Part shown: positions 13,054-26,211 of the stretch, piece by piece
Layout: each line of letters opens with the position of its first letter
How positions within the stretch are numbered: position 1 is the first letter of the stretch
DNA from: Octopus vulgaris
Taxonomy: Eukaryota
NCBI GenBank assembly: GCA_951406725.2
Contig: OX597826.1
Location: 45,012,001 to 45,076,000 of the forward strand
Length of the DNA: 64,000 bases
Direction: 5' to 3'
Translations under genes and position numbers: made by a program
The notes under the pieces: generated by a model
What the model was told of the DNA's origin: nothing
Seen by the model: only the letters and a program-made list of their open reading frames with translations
Databases searched by the model: none

Positions 13054-13432
13054 TGTGGAGGCGCGTGACGTAGTGGTTAGGGGTGTCAGCATTATGATCG
13101 TAAGATTGTGGTTTCGATTCCTGGACCGGGCGAAGCGTTGTGTTCTTGAGCAAGACACTTCATTTCACGTTGCTCCAGTCCACTCAGCTGGCAAAAATGA
13201 GTAACACTGCGATGGACCGGCGTCCCGTCCAGCTGGGGAGCACATACGCCATTGAAACCGGGCAACAGAACCCATGATCCTGACTAGGCTTTAAAAGGGC
13301 GCATTTATTTTTCTCTGCGATGGACTAGCGTCCTGTCTAGCTGGGGTGGGGACACACACACATACATCACTGAAACCGGGAAACCGGGCTCATGAGCCTG
13401 GCTAAGCTTGAAAAGGGCGCATAAATAAATAA
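13054..13432 (+). mobile_element. tRNA-derived CORE-type SINE with duplicated 3' tail
   Basis: GTGGAGGCGCGTGACGTAGTGGTTAG, GGTTTCGATTCC, GTGTTCTTGAGCAAGACACTT; tail CTGCGATGGAC...AAAGGGCGCAT repeated. Confidence 0.8.
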
Positions 13433-13476
13433 AAGATGTATAATTTTTATCTACTCTGTATATTTTTATACATGTA

Positions 13477-13695
13477 CGCGGGGTGTTGAAAATTTCCTAA
13501 CTTTGGGTAAAAGAAAACACAAGAGAGTCAGTTAATTATGATTTTATTCAACACATTCTCCTCTCAGATTCACACAGTTATTGCAGCGGTCCTTCAGCTT
13601 TCCTAAGTGCTGTAAAAGGACTGAGAAGATTGAACTTCCAGCCAGGTCTTTTGCGTGACCCTTAAAGCCAGGAGCTTTTCAGCACCCCCCCTCCC
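13477..13695 (-). mobile_element. Mariner-derived MITE
   Basis: TA-CGCGGGGTGTTGAAAA / TTTTCAGCACCCC TIRs; minus strand encodes mariner C-terminal relic KLKDRCNNCVNLRGECVE*. Confidence 0.7.
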
Positions 13696-13750
13696 ATATG
13701 TTGTTGCTATATTAGCAGACATCTCAGTTGCAAAAACAGAGTCTAATTCG

Positions 13751-13809
13751 TAGCATATCGCAGATTCGATCTACGGATCTCCGGGTTGTGGGTCCAACGC
13801 GATTTCACT
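13751..13809 (-). pseudogene. Initiator tRNA-Met pseudogene, 5'-truncated, anticodon CAT>CAC
   Basis: Minus: AGTGAAATCGCGTTGGACCCACAACCCGGAGATCCGTAGATCGAATCTGCGATATGCTA aligns to eukaryotic tRNAiMet (AUCGAA T-loop, ...TGCTA end); TTTTT terminator ~15 nt downstream. Confidence 0.7.
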
Positions 13810-14940
13810 CAACAAAATTTTATGAAATGTATAATGCATAATTTCTTTTATTGTCTGTTCTGGGTGATATTACTTCTATTACATCATTCGTCGTATATCA
13901 TTTATTTATTCATTTAATATTTATTTATTTATTTATTCATTTCTATGCATTGGACTGTGTCAAATGTACGAAATATATTAACTACACAATACTGGGATGT
14001 TAATTTACTTAGTGAAAGGCGACATTTCACTCTGCCGATAATCCGAGAGTCACCTTTGACAAACCACATGCACAGATCTACGCTTTATAAATTTGCCATT
14101 TTCAGATCAGCTAGAGGCAAGTCAATTTTATAAATGTTTCCCCAACGAAGCGTAGCAAGCGAGCTTGTTAGTATTTTATTGATCTAAAACTAAAATGAAA
14201 GGTCATCACTGGCTCAGGTTTTTGAGTGGATTTGTGAACTAGAAGAGACGATATTACATTAAACGTAATAAATTCTCTGCCTACAGTTCTCTAGTGCAAA
14301 TCCAACCGAGTTCAACTTTATGTTTTAGAATTAGTTTCATGTTAATGTACTTTCACTTTCAGTTTCCTGACGTGTGTGCCATACATATTTGATAATATAA
14401 AGTTTGAAACTCATATCATGTGTGGGATGTATAATATAGCTAAAAATATGACTTAAGGACGGTTCAAAGGATGACATGTTTAGTTTGTCAATATTGACCT
14501 TTTAAAACTCTCTTGTAATGGCAATGCTAAAACAAAGCATTGGTTATATATTTGGTTTACGATGCAAAATTAACAGGGTTGCATTTAAAAAAAAAAAGTC
14601 TTTCGGTTTCCTGTAACAACTACGGTCAGCAATACTCCTGACTCTGCGTGTGGGTGTATATACGAATGTGTGTGTGAGTGAATCTGTAGATCAGGTTATA
14701 GGAACAACAAAAGCAACAAAAAGAAAAAAGAACAAAAAAGACAGAAAGCAAAAGAAAATATTTGACTCATTTCGCAAAAACTAGAGATTCTTTTCGGGGC
14801 TGTAAAACACCCTCGACCCTCACATCAGCAACGGCTAAATCTTTATACAGCACAGATAAACAGATAAACCCACAGCAGAGTATTGCTTGAAACTGAGATG
14901 ATACTGCTGCTACACTTAGAAACATATTAAACCATATCAT

Positions 14941-14978
<38 letters not shown>

Positions 14979-16619
14979 ACGCACGCACACACATGCACAC
15001 ACACACATGCACACTCACACACACACATGCACACGCACACAAAGTGAGCCATCTGACATTGGTAAGAAATCATTTAATAATATACACTAAAACAAAACCC
15101 TGGACAAAAGACCAGTTGTAACCACTCCCTATTTTCTACAGTAACTACAACGGTATCTGCTCCTTTCAAAAAATTAGTCACATATCACCTGCAATAAAGC
15201 ATTTGTAGCTCACTTATCTCTTCTGCTATCATCACCATATATTGCCCTTCCACCGTTTCGTTTCCCACACTGTAGTAACCATTTTGCTCAATCCTTCCGC
15301 AACAGAACATCGTCTTTAAAAAAATTAACTCAAAGCCTATGATTTTCTTTCCAGTAACCGAAAAAAAAAAATGCAGCTGCTTAAAATGAACATTAACTAT
15401 AGCAATATCGTCGGTCTCTGAAAGCCAGCAGAGGGTAATGGGTCACTGAACTTTTTCTCCAGACCGAAGCAATAAAAAGGGGGAAAAAAAACACACACAA
15501 ACGATAAAGGAATAACAAATATAAAGAAAATAGTCGTAACTAAAACTATTGAAACATGTTGAATAAATCAACCATTTATGGGTGCAGCCAGTCGAAGAGG
15601 TCCTTGAAAAAATTATGGGCACAATTTTACATTCTTGAAATAAAGGATAAAAATAGATAAATAAATAAATGAATAAATGAATAAAAAGCAGTTTGTAAGA
15701 GAAGAGAAGCCACAAGTTATTGCTCGGCATACAAACAGTTAAGTGTGCAGCCCACTGCATCTTACAAGCGAGTTAAAACTAACGTGATCACCAAATAAAT
15801 GAATTGGTCATGTTCGCAAGTTAAATGAGAAAACTAAATTTCAACAACAATATGAGATAAGCAGCATGGACCACTGCGTAAAACCGTATCCCTAAGCTAC
15901 GAGCTAAATACGTTCATGAATTAATGTTAGTAGCTATGCTTATTTTCTGCCAGTCGCTCGTTCGTGAAATTAGATAAGGCAATATCAGATAATTTTTGGA
16001 TTGGATTAACATTACCTTAGGGAAACTAAAACAAAACTAATCTGAAATCTTGTTGCAGCTGTTACTTTAGCAAAATCTATGTCTTCTCGACACATGCGCT
16101 CCACACAGTCTAAAATTCATACGTACACACACACATGTAATAATATATATATTTGTTCATACGTGCGTGCGTGCGTGCGTATATGTGAGTATGTGTATAA
16201 CTACAGAGACATATTTGTACGCACATATGCTCTACTAAGAAACAAACGAGCATACAAAACGAAATTCCTGATACGGATATAACGCCTCAGGTGTGCAAAA
16301 ACTAAGAAATAAGAATGTGCGGCGTTCATGCAGTTCTCAAAATGCTCGGATGTGTTGATTAAAACATGTGGTTTCTATTGCTGGAAGCATACTCAGACTT
16401 CCGTCGAGTGTTTCTTCTCGCGCACATATTTGATACAAAGAACACAAAGAATACATACATACATACATAATACATACGCACGTACGTACATACATACGCA
16501 CGTACGTACATACATACATATATGTACGCAGGCATATATACATATGTGTGTGTATGTGTATGTGTTTGCGTGTGTTTATGTGCGTATGTATAACTGTTTG
16601 TTTCTATGTATACTTTTCT

Positions 16620-16780
16620 AGTCTAAGCACAAGGCCAGGAATTTTTGGGGAGGGGACCAGTCGATTAGATCAACCTCAGTACGCAACTGGTACTTAATTT
16701 ATCGACCCCGAAAGGATGAAAGGCAAAGTCGACCTCGGCGGAATTGGAACTCAGAACGTAACGGCAGACGAAATACGGCT
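16620..16780 (-). mobile_element. Meta-like SINE fragment
   Basis: Same family as 5522-5754. Confidence 0.8.
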
Positions 16781-17272
16781 TTCTCATCTTATACGTGGAC
16801 TACAGAATGTTTTCATGCACTACCTGCTTGATAAGAAACTCAGACACTTCAGTATCCGTGGCGATGATCCTGATTGACTTGGAGGGATAGTTGTCAATCA
16901 TGGCATCGGTCTCACCAACAAATTCAGGAATTCTTTTCTCATCAGAACAATCAGAGTGAGTTTTCCGAGCTGCCGTACCTTCGTAATCACCATTAGACTC
17001 ATCCAACTCATTCCGAATCCTCTGCACTGTCCTCAGACTGACATCCAATCAATCTGAGATGTTCGAATTAGAGCTTCCGATACGAATGCAAAGCAGTACA
17101 GCATGTCGTTTCCAAATTTGTGACAGAGTGAATTGCGTCATGTTGCTGTTTTTCTAGCAGATGGTGCCCAACTGACCCTACAATACCGTGTAGTTGACAA
17201 ACTCAGAAACAAACAATGCGAATGCGTGGAATAAAAAATATGAAATGGCAACAATTTACACATTGCACCCTG
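16781..17272 (-). mobile_element. Tc1/mariner (DD37D/maT-like) transposon left end with decayed transposase N-terminus
   Basis: TA-CAGGGTGCAATG terminus; peptide LRTVQRIR...SKSIRIIATDTEVSEFLIKQVVHENI (HTH region). Confidence 0.7.
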
Positions 17273-17312
<40 letters not shown>

Positions 17313-17314
17313 TG

Positions 17315-17346
<32 letters not shown>

Positions 17347-18074
17347 TGTGTGTGTATGCATATATACCTAAGCATATGCATTTACATATACACATAAATA
17401 TAAGCATATGTATATGCGTATATATATATACACATGCATATACACGTACGTGTGTGTGTGATTGTGTCTATGTATACGCATCACATATGTATGCATGAAG
17501 TTGTGTGATTTTGTGGTTAGTGTGTTTGATTTGCAGCCATAGGTTCCAGGACTGCATTCCCGAACCAGGCAGCATGTTGTGTCTCTGAGTAGAAAAAAAA
17601 ACACCTCATGTCACATTTCCTCATACTTTTGAGCTTAAATTAGTACCACACCTCACTTGCAACATTATTCACAACCTATGTATTCAGCTGGATCAAGTGC
17701 CGGGTGTGCTAAGCCGGTGTCTATGTCCGCTTCCGACTACATAGTCCGCTACAATTATTACCAAAAGCATGGTAAACCTTACGAAGTTATATTTGTTAGA
17801 TCGAGGCATGTCAGAGTGCTGGGTAGAATGCCTTCTGGGATCAACTTTTTTTTTCATCATTTCGATGTCAATACATAAAGTGACCAGTCTAGTACTTCTC
17901 GTATCGCTCTTTGTTCTCTCTTTTAATCTTCCAAGCGATCGGTTACGTTTAGACTTAAGAGGCATGAGTTCCGCCATGCCGAAAATACTTAGTACACGCT
18001 GTTTGTTACGACAGTGCTCCTACAACTATATCAAAGATTGACGACGAAGGGAAACACATATATACGTACATAAA

Positions 18075-18377
18075 TTGTTGTTTATTCCTTCTCGAGCCAT
18101 GCTCATAAGGGCCGGTTTCCCGGTTTCCTTGGCGTATAGGTTCCCCACCTGCAAAGAACGCCGGTCCGTCGCAGGTGAGCTGCAAGATGCAGGAGGAAAG
18201 AGCGAGAGAAAGTTTTGGCGAAAGAGTCAGCAGAACTTTCGCCATTACCTTCTGCCGGAGCCGCGTGGAGCTTAGGTGTTTCGCTCATAAACACACACAT
18301 CGCCCGGTCTGAGATTCGAAACCGTGATCCGTCGACCGCGAGTCCGCTACTCTAACCACTAGGCCATGTGCCTCCAC
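18075..18377 (-). mobile_element. tRNA-Arg-derived SINE (OR-type), full length
   Basis: GTGGAGGCACATGGCCTAGTGGTTAGAG...GGACTCGCGGTC...GGTTTCGAATCTC; tail GAAACCGGGAAACCGGCCC shared with the 13054 family. Confidence 0.8.
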
Positions 18378-18674
18378 TACGTACATAAATTCATGCACAT
18401 ATATACATACGAGTTCGCCCGTTGGAGGGACGAGGTCAATCCAGTCATCGTTAAGCATGATTGAATACTTGCACTGTGACTTTATTTAAATTTAAAATGA
18501 GTGGCTCACAGCCAACATCACTTTCTCATCCTTGAGTAAATTCAATCTAATGGCAAGGCCAGATCAAGACGGCTGGGGAGGGAAACGGATGCCGCGGATG
18601 ACCAACATGTCTTACTCCATCATGATTTCTGTACTTCATTATGCCTTATTGCAGCCGTGATCATCATCCGGGAA

Positions 18675-18746
18675 CAGCCGGGTCGGGGCGATCCCATTGA
18701 AGAGGCTAGGGCAAAAAAGCCGAAACTGGGAATATCTCGACCGCTG
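18675..18746 (+). ncRNA. Decayed type-I hammerhead ribozyme (family A, copy 1)
   Basis: gatccca-TTGAAGA-ggct..agcc-GAAA-ctg, then a 13-nt deletion removes helix III and the GUC site. Confidence 0.55.
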
Positions 18747-19016
18747 CTTTTTGGGCGGTTACGGTCTCTGTCAGCATGTATGAATACAATTGTATGCTTC
18801 GACAGCAAAATTGCAGTGTTTAGCTCTTATTTCTAGCAATATATGAGTTTCTAACACCCTCAGTCATATTTAATGACCGTTATTGTTTTTCTTTTTGGTA
18901 CACATTGCTTACTATTGCCTATATTAATTATTTGTATACACATTAGAAATTTGCTAAATCATCCATAGATTTCTATGGTGTGGATATATATGCTGGCAGT
19001 AATCCTCGTCCGGGAA

Positions 19017-19101
19017 CAGCTGAGTCGGACTGATCCTACTGAGGAGGCTACGGCAAAAATGCCAAAACTGACCGATCAGTCTGGGAAGATCTCGACCGCT
19101 G
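19017..19101 (+). ncRNA. Type-I hammerhead ribozyme (family A, copy 2; G12>A)
   Basis: tccta-CTGAGGA-ggc..gcc-AAAA-ctga(ccga)tcag-TC-tggga; extended bulged stem I (gtcgg/tcgac, cagc/gctg); GUC at 19079-19081. Confidence 0.7.
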
Positions 19102-19364
19102 CTTTCCGAGCGATTACGGTCCCTGTCAGCATGTACGTATACAATTATATGCTTTGACTGCAGCATTACAGCGTTTAGCTTTTATTTCTAGCAATGTAGG
19201 TGTTTCTAACACGCTCAGTCATGTTTACACACACAAAAAAAAAACAAACACACACACACACACACACACAAGAGAAGTAAATAGACACCCTTATAAGCGC
19301 TAACATTTATTTAAATCTGAAATTACGCATTCAAATTATTTATTAATTGTTATAATGTGAATAT

Positions 19365-20330
19365 TTAATATTTAGGTAGCCCTTTGCTTTTCTCAGTGCA
19401 AGGACTCTATTAGGCATGTTACTGATCAGATGACGAATTTTCCCTTGAGGAATTTCTTGTCAAGTTTCATGCGGTAGTCTCAAAAGATTTGGCTTTGAAG
19501 ATGCTTTCTTGTCCTTTGTATGAAGTGTCCTGTCCTTTATGCCTCAGAGGTCTTTAATATGGTTCATATATAATGACTGGCTTGGCCATGGAATCTTTTT
19601 AATGCCATTCTCATCCAAGAAATCTTCGGTCATTTTAACCATGTGACAAGGAGCCCTTTCTTCCATAAATAGTCTTCTTTAATCATTTCACCACTGGAGA
19701 AGATTTGAAGGAGTCCTTTCTGCAGGATGGACATATATTTATCTGAGTTCATGTTTCCCTCACACCCCAGACCATCACAGAATAACTGCCATATTTCATT
19801 GTTGGCTGCAATCTTTTCACGTCAAATTCTTGATCACAGATTCTTCAGACCCACACTCGACCGCTGTCAGAAAATATAGTTAAATCTGGACTCAGTGGAG
19901 AATTTGACAATGTCCCAAAATGCTAGTGGCCACTCCACCACCTCACTGGCCCAATTTTTTCTCCGCTTGATGTTGGCTAGTCAAAGAAGTGGCTTCCTTC
20001 TTGTTGCTCTACGATAGTGACCAGTTTGTGGAGATACCTAACAGCTGTTCTGGGACTGACATCAACGAGTTATGCTATGCCAGAGGCCTTGCTACGATGA
20101 TTATCCTCCACATTTCAAAGAGAAGGGGGCCATTCACAGAGCCCTGGTCATCCTGGGCGTGGTGATGCAGACGCCTTCCCCTCTCTGGTGAATTGCACAA
20201 TCACACTATTACCTACAGAAAGCGGGATCCCAAGGCTTACTGCGATTTTACGCTATCTACCCACAATATAACCTCTTTCAAGAGTTTCAAGGACTCTTTT
20301 ATATTTGGAATGATTAAACAGTCCCATATA
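19365..20330 (-). mobile_element. Decayed Tc1 (DD34E) transposase
   Basis: Minus peptides VKFSTESRF, FMEERAPCH, KIPWPSQSLYMNHIKDL, NMPNRVLALRKAKG; boundaries approximate. Confidence 0.8.
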
Positions 20331-20411
20331 GAAACTGATACAGGCAAATGTAAATTAATAAAAAATATAAACCATTACAAATTAGAATAAACATAAAACG
20401 ATGTATTATGG

Positions 20412-20489
<78 letters not shown>

Positions 20490-20491
<2 letters not shown>

Positions 20492-20595
20492 TTAATCCAA
20501 ACAAGAAAACAAAAAGACAACAACGCGAGGATGTGGAACAAATAAAGTATTATTGGACGCTCAGGAAAGAAGGAAGAAGGAGGGTATGACGTTTC
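20490..20595 (-). mobile_element. 5'-truncated copy of HHR family D element inside (TA)n
   Basis: Homologous to 53751-53860; on minus it starts at GAAACGTC, the 3' half of the ribozyme core. Confidence 0.75.
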
Positions 20596-20642
20596 AATAT
20601 ATATATATTATGTATATATATTTATATATACATAATATATAT

Positions 20643-20692
<50 letters not shown>

Positions 20693-21488
20693 TAAATATA
20701 TGTACATAGACACATATATTTAAGATATATATATATATATATAATATACATACACAAATACAGTCAAACACTCTCTCTTTCTCTCCCACACACAATATAT
20801 ACTTCTTTCATCGGCACACGCACGGCTGAAATTCACGCGTACGAAGTGCAGGTACAAACAGCGATGTGCTGGGATATGCATTCGAAACCTGACAATTAGT
20901 ATAACCATTAGCTTTTTAATGAGCTTGAAAGCCACAGCTATATTAACTAATACCTGTACATGGACAACATCTAAGATATCTATATAAAAGGAAAATATGG
21001 TTTGTACATTATATCCATCACTTGCTTGCTCAAATGCAAAATCAAAAGCAAATACTAAATTCAATGTGTTTTACAAATGTTTACAGTCTATGTTGGGTTA
21101 AAGGACCGCATTTTTATTCCGATGACATCTACATAAGCTTCCTCTACTACGGTTAATAAGACAAGTCTATCGTTCAGTCTCACTAATATTACAAAGTGTT
21201 TCTCTTTCATCTTGCCAGTATCTCTACGTTCCATTCAGAACAGGGCTATTGACCCTAAGCCAGGTTCATCCGCCATCTTGATAGCTGAGTATTTTGCAAT
21301 CTTCTTCTGGCTAGACTGTATCAGTAAGAAGGCGGTTGCTGGTTTAGTCGTCGATAATCTGACCATCCATATTTAGTTGCATATGATTACATTCTCGCAG
21401 TAGCATGAATCTCCTGACTCGCAGACGCATACAGTCGCAGATACACACGCAAACACCTGGAGACTTAGTATACATATATGCTTATATT

Positions 21489-21523
<35 letters not shown>

Positions 21524-21606
21524 ATGTGTGTGTGTGAGTGTGTTTGTGTATGTGTTTGAACATATGTATATCTGCAGGTAGGTATGTATACATAGACGTG
21601 TATATA

Positions 21607-21673
<67 letters not shown>

Positions 21674-22930
21674 ATATCTATCTATATATATATATATATT
21701 TATAGACATACATGCATACATATATATACATGCACACACGCATCTATTATTTTTAATGTTCATTGAATTATATATATGTATATATATATATACATACATA
21801 CATACACACACACATATATATACATATGCAATTTAATCGATTAGTTGTTTGCATTCTATTTAATTTTGTTTGAATTGATATTTGTTTGAAAAATATAGAA
21901 TAGCTAACAATGCCCCGAAGCTGATTAGCGACTAGTTAGTAATGCTGTTGATAAAATTTGTCATTATCATCTTAAACCTAATTAGTGTAATTATTAGCCG
22001 TCCTCCCGTGCAATGATGATTCTCCAGGCAAAGAATAATATATGTAGGAAGTAGGAAGAGGGAATTAGCGAGAGAAAAACTAAGAAACGGGGAGACCCAC
22101 TTATATAAAGACAATAGTCGTGAGCTAAAGGACAGGAAGCGAAATAACTAGAAGAAGAATAGAATTTGTGTAGAAGCACGAGAAAAGTTTGGAGGAGAAG
22201 AATAAGAATATATTTTCATTTAATGTTTTTCAGTCTTCAAGAAATGTTATTTAAGCAAGAACTAAATACAGATTGTGTTTCTACTACCAAAATATAAAGT
22301 TAATACATACTGTTAAGAAGTACAACAATATGGCAGTAAAATCACGACTACATCCTGCACGAATTATTTATAGTGTTTTTGTGTCCTTATGTATTTCTAT
22401 TCTCCCTTCGGATGATATTTATTCATCCCATGTGTTACGCTTGCGATACAAGAGATACTTAAAAGTCTTTTGGAGCAAACATTTCATTGCAGATGCCATG
22501 TGTAATCAGCTTTGAATCATCATGGCATTTTATGGACCCTTAACGCCTTTTCTGCTAATTAATGGTGACGTAACGACAAATATACTGCGTTTATGTTTGT
22601 CGAAGTTGATTCGCTGTCTGACTGTTTTTAGGACGACGTCTACGACAATATTACTACCAATGAACAGGGAGGTAAGCGTAGTCCCATTGCTGCTACTGTA
22701 CTGAGGACAAGAAATACTAAAACAACTTGCAGTTCTGAAAACGTGAAACGTAAAATAACAAGATCTATAGAATTAGAATGTTAATGCAAGAATTGCTATA
22801 TATCTCTGTTGAGACCAAGATTGTAAGATTGAATAAAATCGAGGAACTTTACTAAGTGCTGGAGTTCGGTTTATCAGAAATAAGCGACACTGAAGAAAAA
22901 AGAAAACTGATTACAGGTATCTCCAAGACT

Positions 22931-23395
22931 TCTCACTCATTCACTCATTCAAACGCATACTCACTCACTCACTCACTCATTCACACACTCACTAACTCAC
23001 TCACTCACTCACTCACTCACTCACTCACTCACTCACACACTCACTTGCTCACTCGTTCACTCAATCTCTCAATCTCTCACCTACTCACTCACTCATTCAC
23101 TCAAATACTCACTCACATACTCACTCACTCACTCACTCACTCACTCACTCACTCACTCACTCACACACTCATTCACTCACTCACTCGCTCACTCACTCAA
23201 TCTCTCACTCTCTCTCCCACTCACTCACTCACTCATTCACTCAAATACTCACTCACATACTCACTCATTAACTCACTCATTCACTCACTCACTCACTCAC
23301 TCACTCACTCGCTCGCACGCTCACTTAATCTCTCACTCTCTCACTCACTCACACACTCACTCACTCACTCTTACATCAACTCACTCACTCTCTCT
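22931..23395. repeat. Degenerate (ACTC)n satellite
   Basis: Directly visible; source of the spurious 204-aa ORF. Confidence 0.95.
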
Positions 23396-23451
23396 TTCTC
23401 GAGCCGTGTGTATACATACATACGTACATACATACATACATACATACATAC

Positions 23452-23659
23452 AGGAGTGGTGGTGTGGTAAGTGGCTTACTTACCAACCACATGGTTCCGG
23501 GTTCAGTCCCACTGCGTAGCACCATGGTCTTGTGTCTTCTTCTATAACCTGGGCCGACCAAAGCCTTGTAAGTGGATTTGGTAGACGGAAACTGAAAGAA
23601 GCGCGTTGTATGTATATATATGTGTGTGTATGTGTGCGTGTGTGCATATATGTAGTTAT

Positions 23660-23693
<34 letters not shown>

Positions 23694-23812
23694 TATATGC
23701 GTTTCTGTTTGTCCCACCAACATCGCTTGACAACCAATGCCGGTGTGTTTACGTCCCCGCAATTTAGCGGCAGAGTAAGTACTAGACTTACAAAGAATAA
23801 GTCCTGGGGTCG
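23452..23812 (+). mobile_element. Abundant octopus SINE, 3'-truncated
   Basis: Family homology. Confidence 0.85.
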
Positions 23813-23829
23813 AATTGCTTTAAATCTAC

Positions 23830-24340
23830 GACAGTTTCAGGAAATTTTGTATGCATGACCCTCGCCACTTCAGAAGGGTCAGTACATAACCATCTATCAT
23901 TTCTTCTGTTAACTTTTTGATCTTGGTCGAAGTTTTTCACGTTTGAGAAAAAAACAAATCAAATCAGCTGAATTTTTCAGATTGTTTAAGAACCTTTTCG
24001 ATCTGATGTTGTGATTTTCTTTTGCATTTGCTGACAAATTGACCTTTCATCATCCTATAATACCTATATTTGATGTCTTCGTGAACAACATTTCTGGCCG
24101 TTCCTTCTGTCACATGGAGATCTTTTGCAATTGATGGAGATCTTTTGAGAATGTAATCAATCGTCTGTTTAACTTGCTGAATAAATTCAGGTGTTTTGAT
24201 GATTTCAGGGTATTTAGAATACTTTTTATGCTTTGATACTGGTGATACGTTTCCATCTTCAGTCTCTGGCTCCTTACAAACTTTGTAGACGAAAGATCTG
24301 GCAATTTTTCAAAATCGAGATATTTTGATATTTTGAGATA
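23830..24340 (-). mobile_element. Decayed DD37D/maT-like transposase fragment
   Basis: Minus peptides RNVVHEDIKYRYYRMMKGQFVS and NIRSKRFLNNLKN; related to 16781-17272. Confidence 0.65.
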
Positions 24341-24357
24341 TACATACATACATTACA

Positions 24358-24433
<76 letters not shown>

Positions 24434-24444
24434 CATATACATAT

Positions 24445-24488
<44 letters not shown>

Positions 24489-24500
24489 ACATATACATAT

Positions 24501-24576
<76 letters not shown>

Positions 24577-25141
24577 ACACCAGAGTTTACTGATATATTT
24601 TGAGTTGGTATTGCGTGTGTTAATTAATTCAAATTAATTAAAGATCATCGAAAGCCAAAACTTTTAATTAATCAAACTCACTAGACTGACTTAAATGAGC
24701 AATCATTGTTTTTATACTCATACCATTTTACTGCAAATAAAGAAAGACTGATCCATGGATTACATTCAGTCAACATTTTGAAAGTTCCAGCTGCCGATTA
24801 ACCTTCTATAATATCATATATTTCTAGCCACTTTTATAATCACTATATTAAATCAGTCGTACTGATTTACATAAACGACATATTCTTGGCAGTTAAATCA
24901 ATTTTATGAATGACCGACCTGTTAACGCTGTTACTTTTGTGATTCTACGATATACTTCAGAATAGATCTATAAATTTTAAGCTTGCACTGCGTGTCTAGA
25001 TTTATTATTATTGTTTCCTAGCCGATAGATTGTCTAAGAAATAACTGCCGAAACACATTAGAATAATGATTTCCGGTCTCCGGCTATCTTTGTTTCTAAC
25101 TATTGGGAGAAATAACGCCTCCCGGGTGGCTTTCTCTGGTT

Positions 25142-25580
25142 TACTCTCTTTACTCTTTTTACTCATTTACTTGTTTCTCTCATGTGACTGCGGCCATACT
25201 GGAGCACCATCTTTAGTCGAGCAACAAATAGACCCCAGGACGTATTCTGTGTAAGCCTAGTACTTATTCTATTGGTCTCTATTGCCGAACCGCTAAGTTA
25301 CGGGGGACGTAAACACACCAGCATCGGTTGTCAAGCGATGTTGGGGGGGGAGGACAAACACAGACACACAAAATATATACACACGCATATATATATGTAT
25401 GTATGTATATATATACGACGGGCTTCTTTCAGTTTCCGTCTACCAAATCCACTCACAAGGCTTTGGTCGACCCGAGGCTATAGTAGAAGACACTTGCCCA
25501 AGGTGCCACGCAGTGGGACTGAACCCGGAACTACGTGGCTGGGAAGCAAGCTACTTAACACATAGCCACTCCTGCACCTA
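25142..25580 (-). mobile_element. Abundant octopus SINE, full length
   Basis: Family homology. Confidence 0.9.
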
Positions 25581-26163
25581 ATATTTACACATTTTATTGT
25601 TAACTCTTCTAATTCGAACACATCTGATTGTATAACTTATTATTTGCTCTACCCTACCTTTCTGTCGGTAGATATTTGGACATTTTAGTATTAATTACCA
25701 ATAGAAAGAAACAACTAGAGATGTACTTTGAGGGGAAACGATATTTCTTTTTTATTCCAGTTCATCATTTGAACATCGATAACACAATCAGTTGCTATCT
25801 CAGCAAAGGAAGTGACTATTGGAAGTATGTAACAGACTTTGTATAATGGTCTTTATCATGTACTGTAATAGTCTCCTATAATGGCTACTTTTTAAATAAA
25901 TACTTTACTTGACAGAAAATGAGATGTATTTACAAATAGTACATTTGACGTAAAAAAATGATTTTTTTTTTTGTATTCAGCTTTCTATGTCTTGAAAAAT
26001 ACCCAACAAACACATAAGGAGAATAGAATCGATATAATTTGTTGGTGTTCGATTAAACTCATAATTTGGAGAAATGCTTTTTGCTATGTCCAGAGAAAGA
26101 GGCTCAATGAAATGCAAGAAAGGGAAAAGGAGAAAGAATGGAAGAAAGAGAGAGAGAGAGAGA

Positions 26164-26211
<48 letters not shown>

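Larger units (their letters stand above)
18651..19222 (+). repeat. Two diverged ~220-bp direct repeats (period 342 nt), each carrying a type-I hammerhead relic (retrozyme-like)
   Basis: 18651-18868 vs 18996-19222; see the HHR entries. Confidence 0.75.

Noticed and set aside
15424-15440. CTCF-like motif GCCAGCAGAGGG (also at ~7591)
   Set aside because: Imperfect short match with no supporting evidence
17693-17977. 94-aa ORF starting MAELMPLKSK
   Set aside because: Its middle is a decayed Meta-like SINE; no recognisable domain
22695-22720. CTGAGGA-caa-GAAA
   Set aside because: No room for stem II; no UH site with a paired stem I
22856-23470. 204-aa ORF, the longest in the window
   Set aside because: It is the (ACTC)n satellite (THSL repeats)
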